From: Acidobacteriota bacterium
GTDB lineage: Bacteria; Acidobacteriota; UBA6911; RPQK01; JAJDTT01
Reading direction: 5' to 3'
Assembly: GCA_965263035.1 (NCBI GenBank)
Contig: OZ253580.1
Location: 6,134,071 to 6,198,070 of the forward strand
Length of the DNA: 64,000 nt
How positions within the stretch are numbered: position 1 is the first letter of the stretch; the number at the start of each line of letters is the position of its first letter. Below are positions 40,301 to 49,513 of this stretch, in pieces. The position numbers and the translations under genes were made by a program. The notes beneath the pieces were generated by a model. It was not told where the DNA came from. It saw nothing but the letters and a program-made list of their open reading frames with translations, and did no database searches.

Positions 40301-42246
40301 AGGATTGGCACGGGGTCCGGGTAGACGAAAGCGGTCAAGTGACCGCGTTGATTCTCGGATGGAACCGACTGGAGGGTGAGATCCCGGCGGCACTCCTCTC
40401 GCTCTCCAAGCTGAGGCACCTGAATCTCAGTGGAAACAACCTGACAGGGGAGATCCAGGTGGAACTAAGCCGCCTCTCCAACCTGGAAGTGCTGTATCTC
40501 GATGGAAACGAACTGACGGGTTCTGTGCCCCCGGAACTCGGTCAGATGCGCACTCTAAAAACGTTGGGCCTGACGAACAACACTCGGTTGTCGGGGGACC
40601 TGCCAGCCAGCTTGACTTCTCTTAGCCGGCTCGAAGCGTTTCTGGCGGGAGGCACCGATCTCTGCGCTCCCGCCGACGCCAGATTCCGGAACTGGTTGGA
40701 CGGTGTCTGGAAGCGGCAGATCGTCCCCTGCTCCCGTGATGGTCTGCCGAAGGCGTATCTGACCCAAGCCGTCCAGTCGCAGGAGTTCCCGGTTCCGCTG
40801 GTCGCTGGGGAGAAAGCCCTGCTCCGGGTGTTCGTAACGTCCGAACGCGACACTGACGTCACTCTCCCACCGGTGCAAGCGACATTCTATCGGGATGGAG
40901 CGCCGCCGCACGTGGTGAACATCCCAGGAAAATCAGCTTCCATCCCGAACGAAGTGGAGGAGGGAGACCTGACCGACTCCGTCAACGCCGAGATCCCTGA
41001 CTGGGTAATTCAGCCGGGGCTCGAGATGGTCGTCGACATCGACCCGCAGGGGACACTGGATTCCAGCCTGGGTGTGACGAAGAGGATCCCGGAGAGTGGT
41101 CGTTTGGCAGTCGAAGTTCAGATGATGCCCGACTTTCATTTGACGGTGATCCCCCTTTTGTGGCGTCAGAACCCCGATTCATCGACCGTGGACATGGCCA
41201 AGGCCATGGAGCAGGATCCTGAAAGCCACGAATTGCTCCAGGACACGCGGACTCTTCTGCCCATCAGCAAGCTTGAAGTTACGGCCCACGCTCCCGTATT
41301 GACCTCAACCAACAATACCGCTGAGTTGGAACTCGAATTGAGAGTAATTCGTGCCATGGAGGGCTCCAGTCGCTATTACCTGGGCATGATAACAGGAGCA
41401 TTTGATGGTATAGCCGGAAGGGCCTCCCTTCCCGGCTGGACGGCTGTCACGACACCCAATTCGGAAGTGATCGCGCACGAACTCGGACACAACCTGAATC
41501 TCCGGCACGCGCTGTGCGGCGGTACTCCAAATGCGGATCCCTCGTTTCCCGACACCTACGGGTCCATCGGCACTTGGGGATACGACTTCCGCGAGGGCGG
41601 CCGACTTGTGCCGCCGCAATGGCGAGATCTGATGGTCTATTGCGACGTCAAATGGATCACCAATTATCATTTCACCAAATGGATCGGCGATTATCATTTC
41701 ACCAACGCGCTCCGTTACCGCTTGCAGACGGCAACCCGAAGTGAACTGTCCTCCCTGGTCGCCGCGCCGGCGAATGCTCTTATGCTCTGGGGCGGCGTGG
41801 ACTCTGCGGGGGTTCCTTTCCTGGAACCAGCGTTCGTCGTAGATGCTCCCGCGTCGCTGCCGCGGTCCACTGGTGATTATAAGATCACCGGACGAACCTC
41901 CGCCGGTGGCGAGTTGTTCTCACTGAGCTTCGACATGCCGGAATTGGCTGACGAGGATCGAAGATCCTCTTTCGCCTTCGTCCTTCCTGCAAAACCCGAG
42001 TGGGCCGAGCAGTTGGCCAGCATCGCGCTCTCCGGCCCCCACAGCTGGGTCACCCTGGATAAGAACACGGATCGTCCGGTCACCCTCCTGCGCGATCCAA
42101 AGTCCGGGCAGATTCGCGGCATCCTCCGCGACGCGGCCCCCGATGCCCTGACCCGGGACAATGCGGCGTCCGCGCTGTCGTTGGACCCGGGCCTGGAGAT
42201 GTTGACCAGCCAGGGAATTCCGGATCCGGACGACTGGGGCCTGTAG
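37348..42246 (+). CDS. Family II protein: 2x constant domain, Ig-like, LRR blocks, M66-like metallopeptidase
   Basis: Paralog of 17421..22718; HELGHNLNLRH. Confidence 0.9.
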   Translation: MINPLLGSFSSSFFAWWLFFVLSPPQAGGPPSEQGHPTDDSISRQAQEPGETILYFPDYVDGGGWSVQLVLSNVDPDAAAEVLVEVYDPDGQPILDLFNSDLTLEIPALGSRVLRSTGSGAIRRGWIQAETDADTISGLLAYRNAQSGIEVGVKPVELGPQFALFVEESPTVGAGVAVYKPDASSRLELRIRDEDGSDPLEGGFVPWGDFHQSALTLPEWFAVEGVDTGFLTDFRGLLFLETEDESEFAPLGLRFGKRTSSLSAVPAIRTQSEEPQETLLVFPDYVDGGGWSVQLALTNVDPDAAVEVRVEVYDPDGQPVLDLFDSDLTFEIPSQGSRVLKSAGSGAIRRGWIQVGTDAPTISGLLTYRHSQSGIEVGVEPARLGKQFALFVEESGTVGAGLALFKPDAESRIDLRIRDEEGNDPLNGVFLPWRDFHQAARTLPEWFDVHGVDAGFLADFRGLLFLRTEDESPFAPLGLRFGKETSSLSAVPAIGIPDGGGIDDGRAPPPTVTLSASPKSIDRGQSTTLTWSSTNAENAEITPDIGRVPTSGSRTVSPSVTTTYRITVTGADGQTAPAAVTVTVAVSERAALVALYEALGGSMWTHSENWLTDAPLGEWYGVEVDIQGRVIGLQLFTVIETEEGHRIKIGIGLTGVLPPELGSLFHLRVLDLSENQVEGPIPPELGALGQLEFLSLGGNNLTGEIPAELGALAQLKTLYLRLNQLTGAIPPELGALAELRTLNLGENQLTGEIPVELGALAQLELLSLAGNQLAGEIPPSFLNLDQLNNFNFHDLRAAGLCVPGTSDFVTWLQGMERYNGSYCNESDGAVLDYLYRSTGGEDWTNSDGWVEDGALGERYGVQTDSLGRVTGLDLSGNGLAGRFPGSLLRLGQLTELRVDGNALSGRLPWSLTRLSLQEFHYANSDLCVPNEASFRSWLDTIPSHEGTGMTCGPPSSRDFLMALYDMTDGPNWAQDDQWGAPAPLKDWHGVRVDESGQVTALILGWNRLEGEIPAALLSLSKLRHLNLSGNNLTGEIQVELSRLSNLEVLYLDGNELTGSVPPELGQMRTLKTLGLTNNTRLSGDLPASLTSLSRLEAFLAGGTDLCAPADARFRNWLDGVWKRQIVPCSRDGLPKAYLTQAVQSQEFPVPLVAGEKALLRVFVTSERDTDVTLPPVQATFYRDGAPPHVVNIPGKSASIPNEVEEGDLTDSVNAEIPDWVIQPGLEMVVDIDPQGTLDSSLGVTKRIPESGRLAVEVQMMPDFHLTVIPLLWRQNPDSSTVDMAKAMEQDPESHELLQDTRTLLPISKLEVTAHAPVLTSTNNTAELELELRVIRAMEGSSRYYLGMITGAFDGIAGRASLPGWTAVTTPNSEVIAHELGHNLNLRHALCGGTPNADPSFPDTYGSIGTWGYDFREGGRLVPPQWRDLMVYCDVKWITNYHFTKWIGDYHFTNALRYRLQTATRSELSSLVAAPANALMLWGGVDSAGVPFLEPAFVVDAPASLPRSTGDYKITGRTSAGGELFSLSFDMPELADEDRRSSFAFVLPAKPEWAEQLASIALSGPHSWVTLDKNTDRPVTLLRDPKSGQIRGILRDAAPDALTRDNAASALSLDPGLEMLTSQGIPDPDDWGL

Positions 42247-42280
42247 AACAGATGGATCCCCTAACCTGAGATCGAACTCA

Positions 42281-42295
42281 CTGAAATTAATGGAT
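42281..42295. repeat. Site A half copy (left arm deleted)
   Basis: CTGAAA-TTAATGGAT plus tail; about 19 bp missing relative to 56395-56436. Confidence 0.65.
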
Positions 42296-42469
42296 GTCCT
42301 CTGGAAAAAGGGGGGAACTGCCGAGGTCCCACCGTCTCTCACGGGGGCGGGGATCCGCCCCGCGCCGACCGGAACGCGGACCAGAAAAAGCCGACCAGAC
42401 GCCTCCGGGAGGGAGAGGCCGACGGCGTCGGTTCGGAAACCGCTGTCGCTCGGCCCCGATTGAACCGAT

Positions 42470-44899
42470 TCAGTTTCGCCCGATAAACGGTGAGCTCCGC
42501 AGGATTGCCTTCTCATCAGGACGTAGATAAGTGTTCGGGTACGCATCATACCCAGACGACATCAGCGCCTCATGATCACATGTCGAAAGCCCTTCATTAC
42601 ACCCCGGTGGGTGAGAAAGTCCCAGCGCATGGCCAAGCTCATGTCCGAGTCCGCCAATCCAGCGTCCAATGGGACCGGCCCATGGTCCTCCGCCACACTT
42701 GGTGTAGACGAGCTTTTCGCCAATCAGGCCCTCCAAGTTTTCGCGAGAGAGTATGGTGAGGCCCAGCGCCCCCCTTCCAAGTTGGTCGTACCCCTGATTC
42801 CACTCACCTAAACTGCCATCCGGAGCGCATGGGAGCTCCACATCAACATATACGACCCACGCGAAGGTTGACGTCCCCCCTCTCACGGGGGCGCAATGCT
42901 GCACGCCATCGACTACCTTCTGCCAGGAGTACCGCCCGTAGAAGTCCTCGGCCTCGCTCAATTGGCACTGCTCCGGAGTCGCGTTGTAAAGCGAGAACGT
43001 CAGTCCTCCGAGTTCCCGGCGATACCAGGACTGAAGATCCACAATGGCATGCTGAATGGCCTCCCTGTAGTCGGATCGAAACTCCCGGTCCGTCGGTACC
43101 GCGTACAAGACGCGCACCGTACCCGTCTCGCGCACCGAAATATGTACGGACATAGGCGCATCAGCTGTTAGGCCCTCATAATCGGCGGTAATCGTCGCAT
43201 TCCCTCCTCCGACTGCGGTCACGGCACCCTCAAGTACCATGGCCACGGCGAGGTCGGAAGATTGCCACTGGACGAGCTCATTCTCGACAGCCTGGCGTGA
43301 ACCGTCTGACATGTTGGCGGTCACGGAGAGTTGTATCGTCTCACCGATGGATGTCAACGACGCCATCCCGGATACCTCCACAGAGACGGCCATAGGTGGG
43401 GGCTCGGGGATCTTGACCACTGGAACTGACGAGAGCGAACCCTTCCGCTTCCCGAACCGCAGCCCCAGCGGGGCGAACGGGGACCCGTCCTCGGTCCGCA
43501 AGAACAGGAGACCCCGAAAGTCTCTGAGGAATTCCGTATCGACTCCATCCACGTCGAACCACTCTGGGATGGTTCGAGCTCGTTGGTGAAAGTCCTCCCG
43601 GGGAACAAACACTCCTCCCAGAGGATCTCTCCCCTCTTCGTCCCGAATGAGGAGTTCGATCTCGGAAGACGAATCCGGTTTCAAGATGGCCAGACCGGTG
43701 CCGATGTCGGTCGACTCCTCGACGAACAGCGCAAAGTGATCTCCCAACTCGACCGAATCGACGCCGACCTCGATCCCCGTTAGGGAATTCCTGTAGATTA
43801 GCAATCCCGTGACCAAGACCGGATCGGCCTTGACCTCGATCCAGCCGCGCCGAATTGCTCCCGCTCCAGCGTTTCTCAAGAGCTGGCTGCCCAAGGCGGG
43901 AATCTCGAAACTGTTCTCGGAGTCGAAGAACCTCGAAACGGATTGGCCTTGTGAATCGTAGACCTCGACGACGACCGGGGCGCTCCGGTCCGGGTCGAGG
44001 TTGCCGAGCACCAGCTGCACCGACCATCCCTCCCCCTCCACGTAGTCGGGGAAGTAAAGTGGATCCTCCGTCGCCTGGGACGGCTGGGGAGAACGGCGGC
44101 CCTCCGCTCCCACCACGATCGGGATCACCGGGACCGCCGAGAGCGAACCCTGCCGCTTCCCGAACCGTAGCCCAAGTGGTGCGAACGAAGAGCCGTCCGC
44201 CGTTCGCAAGAACAGAAGGCCCCGAAAATCCCTGAGAATCTCCGGATCGGTCCCCTGGAACCATTCCGCAAGGGTTCGAGCCCGTTGCTGGAAATCCCCC
44301 CGCATCAGAGCCTCTCCAAGCGGGTCCATTCCCGCTTCGTCACGGATTCGAAACTCGATCTCAGGGGATGCCTCCGGCTTGAAGATCGCCAGGCCGGTGC
44401 CGATGCCGCTCGACTCCTCGACGAACAGCGCGAAGTGATCTCTCAGTCGCACCGGTTCGACGCCCACCTCGATCCCGGTTCCGGCTTCTCGATAGGTCAA
44501 CAATCCCCGAACTGAAGCGGTCTCGCTCTTGACCTCGATCCAGCCCCGCCGAGCAGCGCTTCCTGTGCCAGCACTTCTCAAGACTCGACTGCCCCGGGCC
44601 GGAATCTCGAAGCGGCTCCCAGAGTCGAAGAGTTCCGAAACCTCCCGACCTTGGGGATCGTAGGCGGTCACGACCACCGATGCGTTCCGGCTTGGGTCGA
44701 GGTTGCTGAGCGCCAGCTGTATGGACCACCACCCCCCATCCACGTAGTCGGGAAAGTAGAGCGTTGTCCCGGACGGCGTCTGGTGTTGGATCGAGTCGCC
44801 GGACGGAAGCACGTTTTCCAGCGCCGCGGCCGAGCTTGGCTCTGCAGACAGGGCTGACAACAGCATCCCCATCCCCAACGAGGCATAGAGTTTCCTCAT
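42470..44899 (-). CDS. Family II variant: 2x constant domain, Big_2-like Ig domain, zincin metallopeptidase (inverted relative to the array)
   Basis: Signal peptide, 2x YFPDYV.G.GWS.QL, WQSSD.AVA.V..G.VTAVG.G.ATITA, HELGHALGLSH. Confidence 0.85.
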   Translation of the reverse strand: MRKLYASLGMGMLLSALSAEPSSAAALENVLPSGDSIQHQTPSGTTLYFPDYVDGGWWSIQLALSNLDPSRNASVVVTAYDPQGREVSELFDSGSRFEIPARGSRVLRSAGTGSAARRGWIEVKSETASVRGLLTYREAGTGIEVGVEPVRLRDHFALFVEESSGIGTGLAIFKPEASPEIEFRIRDEAGMDPLGEALMRGDFQQRARTLAEWFQGTDPEILRDFRGLLFLRTADGSSFAPLGLRFGKRQGSLSAVPVIPIVVGAEGRRSPQPSQATEDPLYFPDYVEGEGWSVQLVLGNLDPDRSAPVVVEVYDSQGQSVSRFFDSENSFEIPALGSQLLRNAGAGAIRRGWIEVKADPVLVTGLLIYRNSLTGIEVGVDSVELGDHFALFVEESTDIGTGLAILKPDSSSEIELLIRDEEGRDPLGGVFVPREDFHQRARTIPEWFDVDGVDTEFLRDFRGLLFLRTEDGSPFAPLGLRFGKRKGSLSSVPVVKIPEPPPMAVSVEVSGMASLTSIGETIQLSVTANMSDGSRQAVENELVQWQSSDLAVAMVLEGAVTAVGGGNATITADYEGLTADAPMSVHISVRETGTVRVLYAVPTDREFRSDYREAIQHAIVDLQSWYRRELGGLTFSLYNATPEQCQLSEAEDFYGRYSWQKVVDGVQHCAPVRGGTSTFAWVVYVDVELPCAPDGSLGEWNQGYDQLGRGALGLTILSRENLEGLIGEKLVYTKCGGGPWAGPIGRWIGGLGHELGHALGLSHPPGCNEGLSTCDHEALMSSGYDAYPNTYLRPDEKAILRSSPFIGRN

Positions 44900-45876
44900 G
44901 GGAACGATCCTCTCCATAATCCGAACGGTCGGGATGGCGCCGGACGGACGATGCCGACCCGCTCGATGGCCAGCACGTAATCCAAAGTGGCGATGGATTC
45001 CACCTGGTCGTAGGCCAGGCTGGCCGTGTAGGCTCGCAGGTCCGGATCGAACCGGGCCACCACCACGCCCTGGTCCTCCAATGACCGCCGCCACCGGCCG
45101 TCGGGATCGTCCGTCATCAGGGTTATGAATACCGGTGCCTGTTCCTGCGGAGGCGCCTCCCGGGCCTCGCGGACGAACCTCTCGGAGAGCTTCCTGTCTA
45201 CGGGCACAGCGCCCAGTCCATCGACTTCCGGCAAGGCCGCGATCTCCTGCAACAGGGCCGGTTCGCCCGGCAGTTGCGCGCGCACGAGATGGCCCGAGGA
45301 ACCGAGGGCGGTCGCGCCGAACTTGGAGAGCAGCCCGGTCACCTCGTTCGGCTTCGCGTCCTCGGCCAGCCGGACCCAGCCGAAGGACCAGTCCCGTCCG
45401 GCGGCAGACGCCTGGGTGGCGAGGACCTCGATGGAAGTGACCGCATCCAGCCAGTCCGGACCAGGACCCGCCGGCTCGTCTCCAGCGTCGACCTCGACTG
45501 CGATTCGTGCCCGGGGCATCTCTCCGTGGTAGGAGACGAAGGAATATCCTTCGGGCGGCGAGTGCACCGTCTCCTCCGCGGAGCCGTCGAGGAGGGGCGG
45601 CGTTTCAGAAGATCGGGGCGGGGCCTGGAGCTGCGGCTCCAAGACGATTCCTCGGCTCTCGGCTTCGATTCGGGCCAGGGCAGCGCGCGACGCCTTGACC
45701 TCCCCGGTCAGGGACGGCTCCGGCTCTTCTCCGGGCGCCCGGTAGTAGGCGATCAGCCCCGCCAGGGTCGCGACCAAGGCCAACGACACCAAGCCTCGGA
45801 GTGTTCTCTTGTTTTTTGGCCTGTGCTTCTGAGGTCCCGAGCCGGCACTGTCGTTTCTGTAAGGAGTTCTGATCAT
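44896..45876 (-). CDS. Hypothetical membrane-anchored protein, possibly a peptidase propeptide-like region
   Basis: 326-aa ORF with an N-terminal TM segment; its stop overlaps the next ATG (ATGA). Confidence 0.6.
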   Translation of the reverse strand: MIRTPYRNDSAGSGPQKHRPKNKRTLRGLVSLALVATLAGLIAYYRAPGEEPEPSLTGEVKASRAALARIEAESRGIVLEPQLQAPPRSSETPPLLDGSAEETVHSPPEGYSFVSYHGEMPRARIAVEVDAGDEPAGPGPDWLDAVTSIEVLATQASAAGRDWSFGWVRLAEDAKPNEVTGLLSKFGATALGSSGHLVRAQLPGEPALLQEIAALPEVDGLGAVPVDRKLSERFVREAREAPPQEQAPVFITLMTDDPDGRWRRSLEDQGVVVARFDPDLRAYTASLAYDQVESIATLDYVLAIERVGIVRPAPSRPFGLWRGSFP

Positions 45877-46531
45877 GATCCGAACTCCTTATCCAGGGTG
45901 AAATCGGATGGGCTCACTCTCCGAAGCCGCGATCCGGCGGACTTGGAGCTTGATCGCCGCCGGGAGGCTTGTCGTCGCCAACGATCCTCCGGCGCAAGAA
46001 TTAGAGTAGCAGCAGACGGGAAAACGGGAAAATATGAAGGCACAAGCTACCTTACACGACTCACGTGATATTGAGGTGAATTTACAGTCTAATATGGTGA
46101 AATATTAGTGAAATCTTGCCTCAATGCGCGATCCGTGCCGCTTACCGGGTTCGGTACGGCTCGAACTCGGTCCCTCCATCGAGCCGGCGGATGGCGACGC
46201 TGAACCGGGTTTCGCCCCGGGGTCCGACGAGGTTGGACCATGGAAGAGGGCCGAAGAACTGAGGCGAGAGAACCCGACTCCCACAACAGAGGGCGCATGA
46301 GCACCTGAGAGGGAGGCCCGGAGACGCGCCATCCACTCCTCACAGCTAAGCGGTGGCTTCACAGTTCACCCTCCCCTAAAAGCCTCTTTCTCTGACCGGT
46401 ACGGTCGCGCCCGGATGGGGCGCGCAGGACTGGGCGGGTCTCTTCACTCGCGAAGCGTCTTGGGACCGCTCTTGGCCCTAGCGGATTCTGTCCTGGTCCG
46501 TGACTCGGGCAAGGAATAGACTGGAGACGAC

Positions 46532-46798
46532 ATGTCCAACGAACAACTGCTGACCATCATCGTCTCGCTGGGTGGCCTCATCCTGACCGTTGCCATCGCT
46601 CTCGCTGGCCTCATCCTGGCCCAGTCTCGCGCCACGCGCACAGAACTGCGAGACATCCACGATCGCATGGATACCCAGATCGCTGATCTCCGGCAACATA
46701 TGAACCTTCAGATCGGAGAACTTCGGGAACGAATGGCGCACCTGGAGGGTCTGCTAGAAGGCTTGCGCGAAGCCATTACCCGCCGCAACGTCGCTTGA
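46532..46798 (+). CDS. Small TM plus coiled-coil hypothetical protein
   Basis: GGAG before ATG; ...IGELRERMAHLEGLLEGLREAI. Confidence 0.7.
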   Translation: MSNEQLLTIIVSLGGLILTVAIALAGLILAQSRATRTELRDIHDRMDTQIADLRQHMNLQIGELRERMAHLEGLLEGLREAITRRNVA

Positions 46799-47071
46799 TT
46801 TTCCAGTCGCGGAGGAGGAGGAGACTTAGACCTAGGGCGCTGTCCTCCCTTCTTCCTCGCTGAGGCCATGGTGCGCCAGTGTCGCGAGGGCGTCGCGTTC
46901 CATAGTCATCAGAGAGGTGTCCGCTCGGATTTGCTCCTCTGGCCAAGTCACGGACCCGATCTTCCCGAAACCGACGTCGTTGGCAGGCCAGACTTCGATG
47001 CGGCGAACGACCACCGACACTCAGCGCATGGCTCGGTCGCAAAATGTGGAGACCGCCACTACCATTCGGCC

Positions 47072-48577
47072 ATGAGACAAATACTGCTAGCTGTATTCCT
47101 GCTGGTCACGCTCGGACGAGAGGTTCAGAGCAAGGACCAGACCGATCCACCCTATGCGGGCACCGTCTGGATCGACCCGGACATCATCACGCCATCAGAT
47201 CCGACTGCGCTCGTGAGCGTGACGGATGCCGGGCGAGGGGAACGAGTGATGTACGATCGGCGGGTCGAGGCCTGGATCATGGTCAATGCCTATCTGTTCG
47301 ACGCCCGGTATGACGATGGACTGGCGATAGAGATTCAGATCAATCCGGAGATCGGTAATATTTCTGCCGCTCAGGCGGAGGCCGACAAGCACGGACGAGT
47401 CATCGGGCAATTGCCGACGGTTCTTCGAACCGGTGTCGAGACCGTTTGGATTCATAAAGGCGACGACGAGGGAGGGGGTGGAAATAAAAATATTCTCCTC
47501 TACACGGATGATGCAGAAAGGGGTCTGAAGTCGGGGTATTGGGAAGAGGCTCTCGTTCACGAGGCGGCACATACCAGCCTGGATCCGGTGCATGGGAAGG
47601 CTCCCGACTGGCTCGCTGCTCAGGCTGCGGATGGCAACTTCATCTCCACCTACGCCCATGATAATCCAGAGCACGAAGACATCCCCGAGTCGTTTTTGTC
47701 GTACCTGGCTGTCCGCTATCGCTCGGCTCGAATCTCTCGGTCGTACGAAGGGTCGATATTGGAAACGATCCCGAACCGGATCGCCTATTTCGACTCACTT
47801 CTTCAAGCCCAATCGGACGACGCCACCTATCCGATCACGGAGGACCTCCGGCCGTCTCTGGACTTTGCGCATTTCGGGAATGGAGAGTCCATCTCCTCGG
47901 ACCTGGTGTTGGTGAACGTAGAGACCGTGACAGCTCACCCGGCTATCTACTTCTACGATCAGATGGGCGAGGTCATCGACCCCGAATCAGTGGTGGACGT
48001 GAGGGGAAATCTGGGAGTCCGGGAGGATGGAGCTTTGACCGACCGGACCGGGATTGAGCCCTTGGGCGAACGGGTGATTTCGACCCATGGACGAGGGGAG
48101 TTGGTGACCGGATCGGTGAAGGTGTTCTCTGACGTCTTGAAGTCTGGGCCCTGGGACGATGAGGTGGGAGGAGGGGGCCGCATCGGCGGGGTCCTGCGGT
48201 TCGACGTCCCGTCCCTAGGCGTGGCCGGCGTGGGGGCCAGTGCGCCCGTAAACGACGTCATTTTCCCGGCGCGCCGCCAAGAGGGCGGAATCAACACCGG
48301 AGCCGCGATCCGGAACCTGGGAGAGAATCCGATCGAAGTGAGTTGCCAATTGATGAAAGATGGCATGGTCTTGGAAACGAAGCCGATTCCATTGGCCGGC
48401 AACGGTCAGACGGCCAAGTTCCTTCACGAATTGTTCACCCAGACCGATACGGCGAACTTCGCGGGGTCGGTTCGCTGCACCGCTCCTGATGGTGAACGAT
48501 TCACCGGAGTCGCCCTGGAGTTGGATGATAGAAACCGGATCTTCACCACCTTGCCAGTGGTGCCCATCCAGCGATGA
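47072..48577 (+). CDS. Secreted zincin-like metallopeptidase plus constant domain; paralog of 15476..16987
   Basis: Same signal peptide, HEAAH, EDIPES, same C-terminal domain. Confidence 0.85.
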   Translation: MRQILLAVFLLVTLGREVQSKDQTDPPYAGTVWIDPDIITPSDPTALVSVTDAGRGERVMYDRRVEAWIMVNAYLFDARYDDGLAIEIQINPEIGNISAAQAEADKHGRVIGQLPTVLRTGVETVWIHKGDDEGGGGNKNILLYTDDAERGLKSGYWEEALVHEAAHTSLDPVHGKAPDWLAAQAADGNFISTYAHDNPEHEDIPESFLSYLAVRYRSARISRSYEGSILETIPNRIAYFDSLLQAQSDDATYPITEDLRPSLDFAHFGNGESISSDLVLVNVETVTAHPAIYFYDQMGEVIDPESVVDVRGNLGVREDGALTDRTGIEPLGERVISTHGRGELVTGSVKVFSDVLKSGPWDDEVGGGGRIGGVLRFDVPSLGVAGVGASAPVNDVIFPARRQEGGINTGAAIRNLGENPIEVSCQLMKDGMVLETKPIPLAGNGQTAKFLHELFTQTDTANFAGSVRCTAPDGERFTGVALELDDRNRIFTTLPVVPIQR

Positions 48578-48770
48578 CCTGTCGAGAGTAACTGCAGACG
48601 GTGGTCGGAAGGCACTAGGATATTGTCTCCCGGATTTTGGAGGATGGGGAGTCGATAGCGATCGGTCAGGAAGCTGTTGATCCGGCCTTCTCAGGCGGAG
48701 GAAGGATCAGCCCCGAACTGGCCGGAAACATGGGCTAGAAGAAGAGGCCCAGACCCCTCCTGGAGGGTCC

Positions 48771-48801
48771 AGGGTACGATAATTCCACTTTATCGTACCC
48801 T
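48771..48801. repeat. Site B copy 6
   Basis: Perfect AGGGTACGATAA-TTCCACT-TTATCGTACCCT. Confidence 0.88.
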
Positions 48802-49131
48802 AGACCACGCCCCTGACTGCCCCGTGTTCTGCGGTGCCTGCCCCGGGAGAGCGTCCCTCGGCATCGGACTGGACAACCGCTGTCGCCTCGCCGCTGGACA
48901 TCGCCCGCCGGGACCGGTCGTCTGAGCCACCCCTTCGGCAAGTCGTTTCCGAGTTTTGGTCCCTGGGGCGGACGGCTGGTATTCTCCAAGACCGCCGGAC
49001 GGGTGGGGGAGGGCCCGGGACACACTATGTCCACTCGTTCCAGGCGGCAGCAGGAGTCCGCTTGATCAGTACTCGGATATTCTAGGGACTGGAGAGAGGA
49101 GATTAGCCCACATTTGAAGCCGATAAATAAA

Positions 49132-49372
49132 ATACTAAGACTGATCCGCATAGCTACTGCCGTGCTCGTGGCGGGTGGCCTTGCCGTCGTGGTGCTCTCG
49201 GCACAGGACGATCTCGACACGCTCCGCTAAGCCGCCGAGCAGGGTGACGACGTCGGGCAGTTCAGCCTCGGGTTCATGTACCACGAGGGGAAGGGCGTCC
49301 CGAAGGACGATGTCGAAGCGGTACGCTGGTTCCGACTCGCCGCCAAGCAAGGCTCCGCCAAGACGCAATTCT
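49132..49372 (+). pseudogene. Sel1-like repeat protein fragment
   Basis: ...SAQDDLDTLR*AAEQGDDVGQFSLGFMYHEGKGVPKDDVEAVRWFRLAAKQG with an internal stop. Confidence 0.8.
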
Positions 49373-49513
49373 GCGAGGAGGCAGTCCCATGAAGGATCGA
49401 GGCCACCCCCGTTCGCGCGCGGTTGGTTCGGTGCGCCCCGTGATGGGGGACGACCCTGGTCGCCCGCCACCCGCGGCTTTGTCGAGGCGTTGCCGAAGAA
49501 GACCGAAGGCGCT

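Noticed and set aside
46089-46108. Palindrome CTAATAT-GGTGAA-ATATTAG
   Set aside because: Single copy, unrelated to sites A or B; a possible operator but unsupported.
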